Positions 27,440 through 37,027 of a stretch of 64,000 nucleotides of DNA are shown piece by piece (the stretch's first letter is position 1; every line of letters begins with the position of its first letter). Below the pieces are notes generated by a model that saw only the letters and a list, made by a program, of their open reading frames with translations, made no database searches and was not told the origin of the DNA. Source of the DNA: Spirochaetia bacterium (GTDB lineage Bacteria; Spirochaetota; Spirochaetia; SZUA-6; Bin103); assembly GCA_965203905.1 (NCBI GenBank), contig CBDBDQ010000005.1, forward strand, positions 1,440,001 to 1,504,000, in the 5' to 3' direction. The position numbers and the translations under genes are program-made.

Positions 27440-28501
27440 ATGGACACCGTGCGCACCGCCAACATCTTCCTGCTGATCGTCGCGCTGCTCGCGCTCGGTG
27501 CCATCCTCAAGCTCGCCCAGAGCGTGTTCATCCCGCTGCTGATAGCACTCCTGCTCAGTTACGTGATGGATCCCCTGATGCTGGTTCTGCGACGCGCGCT
27601 GCCGGTGTGGCTGGCCACGACGATTACCGCGCTGGTGTTCCTCGGCGTGCTCACCGGATTCGGCATCCTGGCCTGGGTCAACATCGCCGCACTCGGGCGC
27701 GGCCTGCCGCTGTATCAGGAGGAGCTGCTGCAGCTCGCGCGCGGCGTCGAAGCCTGGCTGCAGGCCACCGTCGGCGCGCCGTTGGAGATCGATCTGGACC
27801 TCACCGCGCTGGCCGAACTCGGCGCGGTGTCGATCCCCAGCTTCATGCTGTCCACCGCCCGTTCCACCGTGTCCGTGCTGCTGGCGTTTCTCATGGTGTA
27901 CCTGTTCGCGGTGCTGTTCCTGGCCGGGAAGCACTACTTTCCGCGCAAGCTGGTACGCGCGTTCCCCCGCACCGCGACCGGGCAACAGAGCCCGGTGCTG
28001 GTGATTCTGAGACACATCGACGACAGTCTGCGCCGCTTCATAGCCATGAAGACCGCTATCAGCGTCGCGGTCGGCGGCGCCACCAGCATCGTCGCGGCGC
28101 TGTTCGGAGTGGCGTTCCCGGTGGCCTGGGGGTTGCTCACCTTCGTGTTGAACTTCATCCCCTACGTAGGCTCCCTCTCCGCCGTCATTGCCCTCTCGGT
28201 GTTCGCGCTGGCGCAATTCGGCGCCTGGGCACCGGCGCTCGGCGTGTTCCTGTGCGCCCTGGCGCTGCAGACGCTCACCGGGAGCATCGCCGAACCGGCA
28301 TTGCTCGGCGACCGGCTGAACCTGTCGTTGCTGGTGGTGTTCGTGTCACTCCTGTTCTGGGGCTGGCTGTGGGGGCCGCCCGGCATCCTTCTCGCCGTGC
28401 CGATGACCGCCGCCGTCAAGGTGATCCTGGAGAACATCCCGGTAACGGCGCGCCTGGCGACCCTGCTGGAAGGCTCCCGCGAAACGACCCGGCAGGGCTG
28501 A
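27440..28501 (+). CDS. AI-2E family transporter
   Basis: LNFIPYVG, WGWLWGPPGILLAVP, multiple TM. Confidence 0.9.
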   Translation: MDTVRTANIFLLIVALLALGAILKLAQSVFIPLLIALLLSYVMDPLMLVLRRALPVWLATTITALVFLGVLTGFGILAWVNIAALGRGLPLYQEELLQLARGVEAWLQATVGAPLEIDLDLTALAELGAVSIPSFMLSTARSTVSVLLAFLMVYLFAVLFLAGKHYFPRKLVRAFPRTATGQQSPVLVILRHIDDSLRRFIAMKTAISVAVGGATSIVAALFGVAFPVAWGLLTFVLNFIPYVGSLSAVIALSVFALAQFGAWAPALGVFLCALALQTLTGSIAEPALLGDRLNLSLLVVFVSLLFWGWLWGPPGILLAVPMTAAVKVILENIPVTARLATLLEGSRETTRQG

Positions 28502-29795
28502 GCAGTCGGGAGCAGATCCGCTCCAGGGTGCCCGGGTCGCCGAACCCGCCGGCCTTGGAAATCACCGCGGTGTCCGCCCACCGGCCGCCCACCGCCCTGC
28601 CCCACGGCACGTACGGCTCGGCCTCGCCGGCCAGCGCCACGGCGCCGATGCCGAGACGGCGCATGCAGGCGTAGGCGGTATCTCCCCCCACCAGCAACAT
28701 GCTCCCTGGCCGCCCCGTACTGCGCTCCAGGACCTCGCGGGCGAACTCCGCGAGTGCCAGCGACACCGCCTCCGAGCTGCGCGCCGCGGCATCCGCCGGC
28801 GGCGCCGACCAGACGCACAGGTCGCCGCCGGCCGCGAGGGTCCGCGCCGCCCGGGCCACGGCCGCGGCACGCCCCGCGAGCCCGCCGCCGGCGCCGCCGG
28901 CGCCACCGGCGATGGTCCATAGGAACTCTCCGCCACCGGCGGCAGGCGCCTGCAGGCACACCCCCAGCGGCCGCCGACCCGCCGCCAGCGCGGCACGTAC
29001 TTGCGCCTGGGCGAGGGCGCGGCGCGACCCCGCGACCAGCAGCAGCGGCGCGGCCGCCGACCACTCCCGGCTTCCGTGCTGCGCCGCGGCGGGCGTGGCG
29101 ATCGGTGCCAGAGCGCGCAGCAGCGCGGCGGAGCCGGCCCACAGCAGGCGCCGGCCGGGGCGCGGGAGACGCCGGCCGGCGGCGACGAGCTGCCGCAGGT
29201 GGGCGTCGCTGGCGGCATCCGCCACGACCAGCTCCACCCCCGCGCGCACGGCGGCGGCAAGCCGGGCCGCCGCGGCCGGCGCCGCCAGCCACTCGCCGCG
29301 GCACGTGGGCCACTGGCGGCGCACGATGTCCAACACCGCCGAGCCGGTAGCCGCCACGATTTCGTCCCGGTAGGGCGTGCTCATCACCGGCTGTCCCTGC
29401 ACCAGCAGCTCGCCCGCTACGACCGTACGCCCCTGCGCCGGCAGTGCCGGCGTGCACAGGATGGTACCCGGGGCCAGCGCCGCGTGCAGCGCCGCCAGCT
29501 CGGCCCCGACGTTGCCGCGCAGGGTGGAGTCCAGCTTCTTGAACCACGCCGTCCGGTTCTCCTCACGCAGGCGGGCGCAGGCGGCGCGCACCTGCCCCGC
29601 GGCGGCGGTCGCGGCGACCCCGCGGGACTGGGTATTGATCACCAGCGCGGTGGCGCCCGGCAACCCGCGCCCGGCGTCGGCGGCCGGGCTCACCTCCACC
29701 ACGACCGGGCCCGCGGCCAGCAGCTGCACCCCGCTGTCCATGGCCCCGGTCAGATCGTCGGCCACGATCGCCCCGCCCACCGCCCGGTCCTCCAC
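28416..29795 (-). CDS. Four-carbon acid sugar kinase family (DUF1537)
   Basis: ADDLTGAMD, KKLDSTLRGN, PALPAQGR, GGDTA, KAGGFG. Confidence 0.88.
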   Translation of the reverse strand: MEDRAVGGAIVADDLTGAMDSGVQLLAAGPVVVEVSPAADAGRGLPGATALVINTQSRGVAATAAAGQVRAACARLREENRTAWFKKLDSTLRGNVGAELAALHAALAPGTILCTPALPAQGRTVVAGELLVQGQPVMSTPYRDEIVAATGSAVLDIVRRQWPTCRGEWLAAPAAAARLAAAVRAGVELVVADAASDAHLRQLVAAGRRLPRPGRRLLWAGSAALLRALAPIATPAAAQHGSREWSAAAPLLLVAGSRRALAQAQVRAALAAGRRPLGVCLQAPAAGGGEFLWTIAGGAGGAGGGLAGRAAAVARAARTLAAGGDLCVWSAPPADAAARSSEAVSLALAEFAREVLERSTGRPGSMLLVGGDTAYACMRRLGIGAVALAGEAEPYVPWGRAVGGRWADTAVISKAGGFGDPGTLERICSRLLSPAGSFRGSLPAGSPGAPLPGCSPGSP

Positions 29796-29929
29796 GGCAG
29801 CAGCATACCACCGCGCGCGCCGCGCGCGGGCGCCGGCGTGTAAGGCGCTGCTGCGCAAGCTTGTTTTCGCGGCCGGTTCGCGGTATACCGGGCGTACACC
29901 ATCTCAACCGCGATCGTAAGGAGATCCAC

Positions 29930-30511
29930 ATGGCATTCACCCTTGAACTGGGCATGACCGCACCCGACTTCGACCTGCCGGGAGTCGACGGCAGCCGCTA
30001 CTCCCTGGCCAGCTTCGGCGACGCCGCGGCACTCACCGTGGTGTTCGCGTGCAACCACTGCCCGTACGTCATCGGCAGCGAAGACCGCATGAACGCGCTG
30101 TACGCCGACTACGGCGGGCGCGGCATGGCGCTGGTGTCGATCAACTCCAACGAGACCGACGGCCACCCCACCGACTCGTTCGAGCACATGCAGGAGCGCG
30201 CCCGCGACAAGGGGTTCCAGTTCCCCTACCTGCGCGACGAGAGCCAGGCCACGGCGCTCGCCTACGGCGCGTTGCGTACCCCGCACTTCTACCTGTTCGA
30301 CGGCGACCGCAAGCTGCGCTACACCGGGCGCCTGGACGACAACCCCATGGACGCGTCGCAGGCGACCACCCACGAGCTGCGCGACGCGCTGGAGGCGGTG
30401 CTGGCCGGCAAGGAGGTTCCCGTGGCGCTGACCAACCCGATCGGCTGCAACGTCAAGTGGAAGAACCAGGACGCCCACTGGATGCCACCGGAGGCGTGCG
30501 ACCTGGTGTGA
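29930..30511 (+). CDS. Thioredoxin-fold AhpC/TSA-like protein
   Basis: APDFDL, CNHCPYV, FPYLRDE, TPHFY, GCNVKW; RBS AAGGAG. Confidence 0.9.
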   Translation: MAFTLELGMTAPDFDLPGVDGSRYSLASFGDAAALTVVFACNHCPYVIGSEDRMNALYADYGGRGMALVSINSNETDGHPTDSFEHMQERARDKGFQFPYLRDESQATALAYGALRTPHFYLFDGDRKLRYTGRLDDNPMDASQATTHELRDALEAVLAGKEVPVALTNPIGCNVKWKNQDAHWMPPEACDLV

Positions 30512-32532
30512 GCCGGCACCGTCACTCCGTGCCGCGCAACGCGACGGACCGCGCCGGCCGCGCGGCGCCCGCCGGCGGCCAATGCGCGGCCGGCGCTGAA
30601 CGGTTCGACCTGGTCGACGCCGACAACCGGGTGATCGGCACGGTGGCGCGGGCGCAGGCGCACGGCGACCCGTCCCTGCGCCACCGCGCGGTACACGTCA
30701 TGGTGTACGACCGCCGCGGGGCGCTGCTGCTGCAGAAACGCGCGGCCGCCAAGGACATCCAGCCCGGCAAGTGGGACACCTCGGTGGGCGGGCACCTGGC
30801 GGTCGGCGAGAGCTACCCGGCCGCCGCCGTGCGCGAAACGCGGGAAGAGCTGGGCCTGGTGATCGGCCCGGACGACCTCGAGCCGCTGCACGAATACGTG
30901 GGCAGCTCCGAGGTTGAGACCGAGCACGTGCGCAGCTTCCGGGTGCGGAGCGAGGGGCCGTTCACGGCGCCTCCCGAGGAGATCGAGGAACTGCGTTTCT
31001 GGACTCCGGAGGAGCTCCGCGCGGCGCTCGGCAGCGGCGTGCTGACCCCGGTGCTGGAGCACGAGCTGGCGCTGGCCGGGATCACCGCCGGGGCCGCCGC
31101 CGCTCCGGCGGGCGCGGCTGCCGGCGTCAGCTTCAATCTCGGACGCGACTACCTGGACCCGGCGGCCGGTCCGCGGGTGCCGACCGCGCCACCGCCGCGT
31201 GCCGCCATGAACCGCGCCACCCGCGACCTGCACGACGCCATCGACGCTGCCATCCGCCGCCACCGCCAGCCCTACCTGCACCCCGACGGCGAGACCCTGC
31301 AGCTCGACCTGTTCGGCAGCGAGCCGATGGTGCGGTGGCAGGAACGCAAGGCGGCGGCGGTGTTTCTCTCCAGCGAGTCCTGGGCGGCCCTGCCACAGAT
31401 CTACGGCCGCTACGGCACCGAGAACGGGCGCCGCCTGATTGCCGCGGTGTGCCGGCTGGAGCAGGCCGCGGGGGCGCTGCTCACCGACGGCGGCATGCAG
31501 GCGTGCGCCCTGGCGTTCGACGTGCTGTTCGCGCCAGGCAGCCACGCGGTGGTCACCCGCAGCGTCTACAACAAGACCAAGAGCTACCTGCGGCGCCTGG
31601 CGGAACGCCAGGGCGGAGAGGTCACGCTGGTGGACGACGGCGATCCGGAAGCGCTGGAGCGCGCCGTGCGCCCCGCCACCTCGCTGCTGTTTACCGAGAC
31701 CTACAGCAACCCGCTGACGCGGGCCCTCGACCCTACGCGCCTGGCCGCCCTGGCCGCGCGTGCCCGCGGCGCCGGCGCCAGGGGCTTGCGCGTGGTGGTG
31801 GACAATACCGTAGCCACCCCGTGGGGCCTGCGGGAACCGCTGCTCACGGTGCCAGGCATCGACCTGGTGGTGGCCAGCGGCACCAAGGCGCTGGCCGGCG
31901 AGGACCGCGACATGTGGGGCTACCTGGCCGGCAACCAGCTCGACCTGCTCAACGAGGCGATGGACCTGCAGGCGATGCGCGGTGGCATTCTGGACTGGCG
32001 CCGCGCCGGCGCCATCCTGAGCGGCCTGGAGGCGGCGCAGTCGCGCTTCGTCCGCCGCTGCCAGACCGCCACCGCGGTGGCGCGTTTCCTGGCGGCCCAC
32101 CCGCGGGTGGAACAGGTAAACCACCCCTCGTTGCCCGACCATCCGGACGCCGCCGTCGTCGCCGCCCACTACCGGCTGCCCGGCTCGATGATCAGCTTTC
32201 GGGTGCGGGATGCCGACGAGGACGCCACCCGCCACGTGTGCGACGTGCTGGCCATGACCGGCGTGCCGCGCTACGCGCTGAGCTTCGACGGGCTGGCTAC
32301 CAAGCTCAACCACCACCGGTCGGTTTCGGAGTACTTCACCGCCGCAGGCGAGGTGCTGCGCATCGGCGTGGACCGGCTGATCCGTCTCGGCATCGGCGTG
32401 GAGGCGGCGGACGACCTGATCGCGTGCCTGAACTGGGCGCTGTGGCGTGCCCCGGAGGTCGCGCCCGAGGAGGTGACGGCGTGGCGGCGGCGGCGGCGGG
32501 CGGAACTGGACCTGGCGCCAGAGCCGCGCTAG
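30508..32532 (+). CDS. Nudix hydrolase fused to a Cys/Met-metabolism PLP-dependent enzyme
   Basis: Nudix box GHLAVGESYPAAAVRETREELGL; then YGRYG, GMQA, ETYSNP, VVDNT, SGTK (PLP lysine), IRLGIGVE; one open frame. Confidence 0.82.
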   Translation: MSRHRHSVPRNATDRAGRAAPAGGQCAAGAERFDLVDADNRVIGTVARAQAHGDPSLRHRAVHVMVYDRRGALLLQKRAAAKDIQPGKWDTSVGGHLAVGESYPAAAVRETREELGLVIGPDDLEPLHEYVGSSEVETEHVRSFRVRSEGPFTAPPEEIEELRFWTPEELRAALGSGVLTPVLEHELALAGITAGAAAAPAGAAAGVSFNLGRDYLDPAAGPRVPTAPPPRAAMNRATRDLHDAIDAAIRRHRQPYLHPDGETLQLDLFGSEPMVRWQERKAAAVFLSSESWAALPQIYGRYGTENGRRLIAAVCRLEQAAGALLTDGGMQACALAFDVLFAPGSHAVVTRSVYNKTKSYLRRLAERQGGEVTLVDDGDPEALERAVRPATSLLFTETYSNPLTRALDPTRLAALAARARGAGARGLRVVVDNTVATPWGLREPLLTVPGIDLVVASGTKALAGEDRDMWGYLAGNQLDLLNEAMDLQAMRGGILDWRRAGAILSGLEAAQSRFVRRCQTATAVARFLAAHPRVEQVNHPSLPDHPDAAVVAAHYRLPGSMISFRVRDADEDATRHVCDVLAMTGVPRYALSFDGLATKLNHHRSVSEYFTAAGEVLRIGVDRLIRLGIGVEAADDLIACLNWALWRAPEVAPEEVTAWRRRRRAELDLAPEPR

Positions 32533-32631
32533 GAGGCTGGCGGATTGCGACAGCCTCCTGGGGATCGGACGGGATGGGCCAAGAGCGCCGCCGCGGGCGG
32601 CGCTTGGGGGCGCTGGCAGCCCGTGGTGGAA
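32531..32631. repeat. Intergenic hairpins, possibly IS-end/MITE remnants
   Basis: AGGAGGCTG-N11-CAGCCTCCT (32531-32559) flanked by CTAG/CTGG; AGCGCCGCC-GCG-GGCGGCGCT (32584-32604). Confidence 0.4.
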
Positions 32632-32668
32632 CCCGGCGTCGCACCGGGAGCGGCGCGGCAGTAACGGC

Positions 32669-33589
32669 ATGTCGGGGAACGGCCCGTTCGTGGTGGTCGG
32701 GATCGGGGAGCTGCTGTGGGACCTGTTCCCGGGCGGCCGCCGCGAGTTGGGCGGCGCGGTGGCCAACCTCGCGTACCACGCGACCCAGCTCGGCGACCGC
32801 GGGGTCGTGGCCAGCCGCGTCGGCCGCGACGCGCCCGGTGACGACCTGGCGGCACGGCTGCAGGAGCTGGGGGTGGACTGCAGCCACCTGCAACGCGACG
32901 CCGAGCATCCCACCGGAACGGTGGACGTGAACCTGACGGCCGCCGGCCACCCCAGCTACACCATCCACGAGCGGGTGGCGTACGACTTCCCCGTGCTGGA
33001 CCGGCGCTGGCAGCGGCTGGCGGCGCGCACCGACGCGGTCACCTTCGGCACCCTGGCGCAGCGCACCGCGACCGGCGCCGGGGTGATCGCGCGCTTCCTG
33101 GCGGCCTGTGCGCCCGGTTGCGTGCGCCTGCTGGACGTCAACCTGCGGCAACGGTTCTGGTCGCAGCGGTTGCTGGAGCGTTCCCTGCGCGCCGCCACGG
33201 CGCTGAAGCTCAACGACGAGGAACTGCCTGCGGTGGCGGCGGCGGCAGGCGTCTCCGGCGCCACCGCGGACGCCGTCCTGTGCCGTCTGGCGGAACGTTT
33301 CGACCTGCGCCTGGCGTGCCTGACCCGCGGCGCCGGCGGCTGCCTGCTGGTTGCGGAAGGCGGGCAGCGCGTCGCGCATCCCGGCACCCGGGTGCCGGTG
33401 GCCGACACCGTCGGCGCCGGCGACGCCTTCGCCGCGGCCGTCCTCTACCACCTGCTGCGGGGCAGCAGCCTGCAACGGATGGCGGCGGCGGCCAACGACT
33501 ACGCGGCGTTCGTGGCCACCCGGCGCGGCGGCACGCCACCGGTGCCGGGGCCGGTGGCACGCCGCGCCCGCGCCGGGGAGGCCCCTTGA
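32669..33589 (+). CDS. PfkB family carbohydrate kinase (fructokinase-like)
   Basis: GELLWD, GGAVAN, DVNLR, KLNDEE, DTVGAGDAF. Confidence 0.93.
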   Translation: MSGNGPFVVVGIGELLWDLFPGGRRELGGAVANLAYHATQLGDRGVVASRVGRDAPGDDLAARLQELGVDCSHLQRDAEHPTGTVDVNLTAAGHPSYTIHERVAYDFPVLDRRWQRLAARTDAVTFGTLAQRTATGAGVIARFLAACAPGCVRLLDVNLRQRFWSQRLLERSLRAATALKLNDEELPAVAAAAGVSGATADAVLCRLAERFDLRLACLTRGAGGCLLVAEGGQRVAHPGTRVPVADTVGAGDAFAAAVLYHLLRGSSLQRMAAAANDYAAFVATRRGGTPPVPGPVARRARAGEAP

Positions 33590-34401
33590 GCCCCGTGACC
33601 ACGCTGGTCGACACCCATTGCCACCTGGACGACGCGCGCTTCGCCGCCGATCGGGACGCCGTCGTGGAGCGTGCCGCCGCCGCGGGTGTCACGCGCGCGG
33701 TAATCCCGGCGACCTGCGTCGACGCGGCCCGCGCCGCGCTGGAGTTGGCCGAGCGGCACGTGGGGCTGCGCGTGGCCGTGGGTGTGCATCCGCTGTGGTG
33801 CGCCACCCACGGCTCCCTGTCCGAGACCATCGCGCAACTGCGCGAGCTGGCGCAGGCGCCGGCCGTGGTCGCCATCGGCGAGATCGGGCTCGACTTCCTG
33901 CGCGGTCCGGCGCCGGCCCTGCAGACGCGCTGGCTCGACGCCCAGCTCGACCTGGCCGCCGCCGCCGCACTGCCGGTGATCCTGCACAACCGCGACGCCA
34001 CGCGGGAGTTGCTGGCCCGGCTGCGCGCCTGGGGCGAGCGCGCCACGCTGCCGCAGCCCGCGGGCGTCCTGCATGCCTTCAGCGCGGGCCGCAGCGCCGC
34101 CGACTGGGCGCTCGCCGCCGGCTTCTACCTCGGCATCGGCGGCATGCTCACGTTCCGCAACGCCGCCGACCTGCGCCAGCTCGCGGCGCTGCTGCCCGGC
34201 GATCGGCTGGTGCTGGAGACCGATGCCCCCTACCTCGCCCCCGAGCCGCTGCGCGGGCGCCGCAACGAGCCGGCGTTCGTGCGCCACGTCGCCGAGCGGC
34301 TGGCGCTGCTGCGCGGCACCGATGCGGCTCACATCGCCCTGCAGACGACCGGCAACGCGCTACGCCTGTTCCCGCGCCTCGGCGGCCCGCTGCCCGGCTG
34401 A
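33586..34401 (+). CDS. tatD: TatD family hydrolase
   Basis: DTHCH, GVHP, GEIGLD, LHNR, ETDAPYL, RNEP. Confidence 0.93.
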   Translation: MSPVTTLVDTHCHLDDARFAADRDAVVERAAAAGVTRAVIPATCVDAARAALELAERHVGLRVAVGVHPLWCATHGSLSETIAQLRELAQAPAVVAIGEIGLDFLRGPAPALQTRWLDAQLDLAAAAALPVILHNRDATRELLARLRAWGERATLPQPAGVLHAFSAGRSAADWALAAGFYLGIGGMLTFRNAADLRQLAALLPGDRLVLETDAPYLAPEPLRGRRNEPAFVRHVAERLALLRGTDAAHIALQTTGNALRLFPRLGGPLPG

Positions 34402-35813
34402 CGGTGACTGCCAAAATGGTGTGGCGTCGCACAATATATGCGCAAAGGCACTCGACCTTCGCAAGGTTCGATTGAGCCGTGGCGGTCCATTACCACGGGC
34501 TTGCCTGCGAGTTGTGCGGTTCGACGAAGCTCTCGATTCTGCTTCTGGGAAACACGAGTAGTCGGCACCGTCGGGAACGAGCTGGAAGCCGAGAGCGGGA
34601 CTTGGAAGTCGACGTTCATGGCGTTTGCGTCCTGCCGCGGGTGCAGGAACACGGGGTTGTCATCGTAGAGGTTGGGGCGGGTGACCAGGTGGGAGATGAT
34701 GCGTGCCATCCTGGTGTGTGGGGTTCGTCTTTGGTTCCCGGCTCGAGTAACTCACCGGCTGCGCAGTGTGCCGGAGCCTGGTCCTTGCGGCCAGTGTAGC
34801 TACCGCGCCCATTCACGGTTCGATTCAGGATTTCTTTGATCCACGGATAACCTTTACCCGCGAGTGGATTGGGACGCCATGAAGAACCCTTGCCTCCAGA
34901 TCCATCCTAGTTCGCACGGTACAAGGATCCCCTTACCCGGCTCATCGGCCCGGTCCAATACATTCTGTCGTGAGCTGTCGTGATTCATATGGACTCCAGC
35001 ATCTTGTCAATCACGTCCCACTAAGATCGTATTCCCTGCCACAGCCAAGTCAGCGACTGATCCGATTGCCTCGTCACCACTGGCTCTGTCTCTCCGGTTG
35101 ACAGGCATCTGCAGTCTCGACGTAGATCCAACTTCCCGCGACGACTAAGGCGCCAATTGAATAGGCAAGGAGTCCGCGCGGCCCTACGCCACATGGAAGC
35201 TCAGCGTCCACCATCTCGACCACTTCCGGGTGCGATCCTCCAGCGTGCCAATACAACTTGTTTCCCGTACATCAAGCGGTCCGTCACCGCGCCCCGGAAG
35301 AGAGTCCGCCACTGTCGTCGCCCAGCATATTGTATTTTGCGCCCGGCGCAGTTACGTGCCCTGCAGCGCTCTGCGCAACGACGCTCCCAGCTCTCAGGTC
35401 CTTGAGCCGTCGTCGCAGCGCCCGGACAGTCATAACGCTGACTTCCGGAAGCCTAGTCAAATTGACGAATTGGCGTATACAGGTCCACGAACCCCGAAAT
35501 CCGCCATTTCGCGAATGGACCTGTGGAGTATCGTACCCGAATCGTCGCCCAAGCACCGAATCTCTTTCGCGAAGTCGCGAATCGGGCTGCGAGTTCGCGA
35601 ATCTACTCCGAAGCTCGCAATTTCGCGACGGATCGGGCTCAACTCACGAATTGGCGTAAGCGCGAATGGACCTGTCGCGTGTCACCTCTAGGCGCGACAC
35701 CGGCTTGGATACGCAAATCCTTATATTAGAATACTTTATGCAGAGACTCGACATGCCCGGCGAGGATCGGGGTTGCTCATACCGGCCTTGTGCGGTGACG
35801 TCCGGGTGCGGCC

Positions 35814-35949
35814 GTCCGCGACCTGCTCAGGCTCCTCCAGGCGAACGGTTGGGAGCTCGATCGCATCCGCCGTTCACATCACATTCTGATGAAGGGGAGC
35901 GACCGTCTCGGTTCCGGTGCACGGCTCGGGAGACGTGTCGAAAGGGCTC
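35814..35949 (+). pseudogene. HicA-like toxin remnant
   Basis: VRDLLRLLQANGWELDRIRRSHHILMKG, then after a frameshift TVSVPVHGSGDVSKGL; no clean start and no hicB seen. Confidence 0.7.
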
Positions 35950-36379
35950 TGCGAAGTTGGACGCTGGCTGGCATGTCGTGGAGCGCGCCCACGAAGCCCG
36001 CGCGCTCCAGCCTGGCGGCGAAATCCGCGCGGCTGAGGGCTGACCGCGGCGGCCCTCCCTGGCCCTCCACGAATCGGTCCAGCTTCTTGACGAGCGCCAG
36101 CCCGGCCCCGGTACCAGGTGCCTGCGGCGCCGGTAGTCGACAACCAACCTGCTTCCCGGGGCCGTGACAGCGGCTATCTTGGTCGTGCCCGCCGCTCATC
36201 GCTTCTCTGGACAGGTAGGGTGGAGTGCTTGCTGCGAATACCGCACCAAGGGCTGGTGTGCGGCACCGACTTGCTGGCGAACGGGAACTGAACATCCGCA
36301 CTCTACTACGACCTGTTGCGCCGGGCCGAGGGGAGGAACGGGCCGCACGTACGCACGTCCGCAGCGCACGGACCGGGAA

Positions 36380-36873
36380 TTCTTCGTGGGCTAGCCGAAC
36401 CCGTCGACGCGGGAGGTGGGACTCCGAATACATCGAGATGATCGCGCGCCTGCTGCCCCAATTCAGTCCGTTGGTCCGCGTGCGGCACGCGTTTGGTCCG
36501 CGTCTCGCCCCTGGGCACCTGGTGCGGCGGCCTGCTCAACCCACGCCATGGTGGGCGGATCTACCTGGACCGGAGCCGCAGGATTGTCGAGGTCAACGCG
36601 CGCGCCCGCGAGATCGCGACGGCCTGCTGCGCCCGCGCGGCAGAATACGATGCACAGTTCGCAAGGATAGTGGCGAAGGCGCTGCCGCGAGACGGCCGCC
36701 GTGGCGAGAGCCAGGTGGCGGCGGCGCTGGCCGAAGGCAGCTCGGTCCGCGAGATTGCCGAGACTACGTTTCGCGCAGAGAGCACGGTACGGTGGCTCAT
36801 CAAGCAGACCCACAGCAAGTTGCGAATCTCGCGGTTGGCCGAGCTGGTACGGATGGTGCCGGCCGTACGCTGA
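36380..36873 (+). pseudogene. LuxR-type HTH regulator remnant
   Basis: Pieces in different frames: WDSEYIEMIARLLP...VRVRHA; LDRSRRIVEVNARA; ESQVAAALAEGSSVREIA...STVRWLIKQTHSKLRISRLAELVR. Confidence 0.65.
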
Positions 36874-37027
36874 ACCGAGGAACGGGAGATCGCGCGTCGG
36901 GCTTGCGCCGGAGCACGGGCGCCCCTGCGCGACGCTGATGTCCGCTGGGATTGCTGGGCTCCATTCGACTGAGGAACCGTAGAGAGGGCCGTTGACCGTG
37001 CCGGTGGCGGTGCCTATGCTGCGTCCC

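Noticed and set aside
30508-31080. Nudix domain as a type-1 IPP isomerase, given nearby mevalonate genes
   Set aside because: It lacks the catalytic Cys motif (WDTSVGGH instead) and has a full Nudix box; a type-2 IDI is already present.
34900-35260. Minus-strand fragment IGSVADLAVAGNTILV resembling a propeller blade
   Set aside because: Too short and interrupted to assign a family.
35460-35700. CRISPR array
   Set aside because: No identical 23-47 nt repeats with unique spacers and no cas genes.
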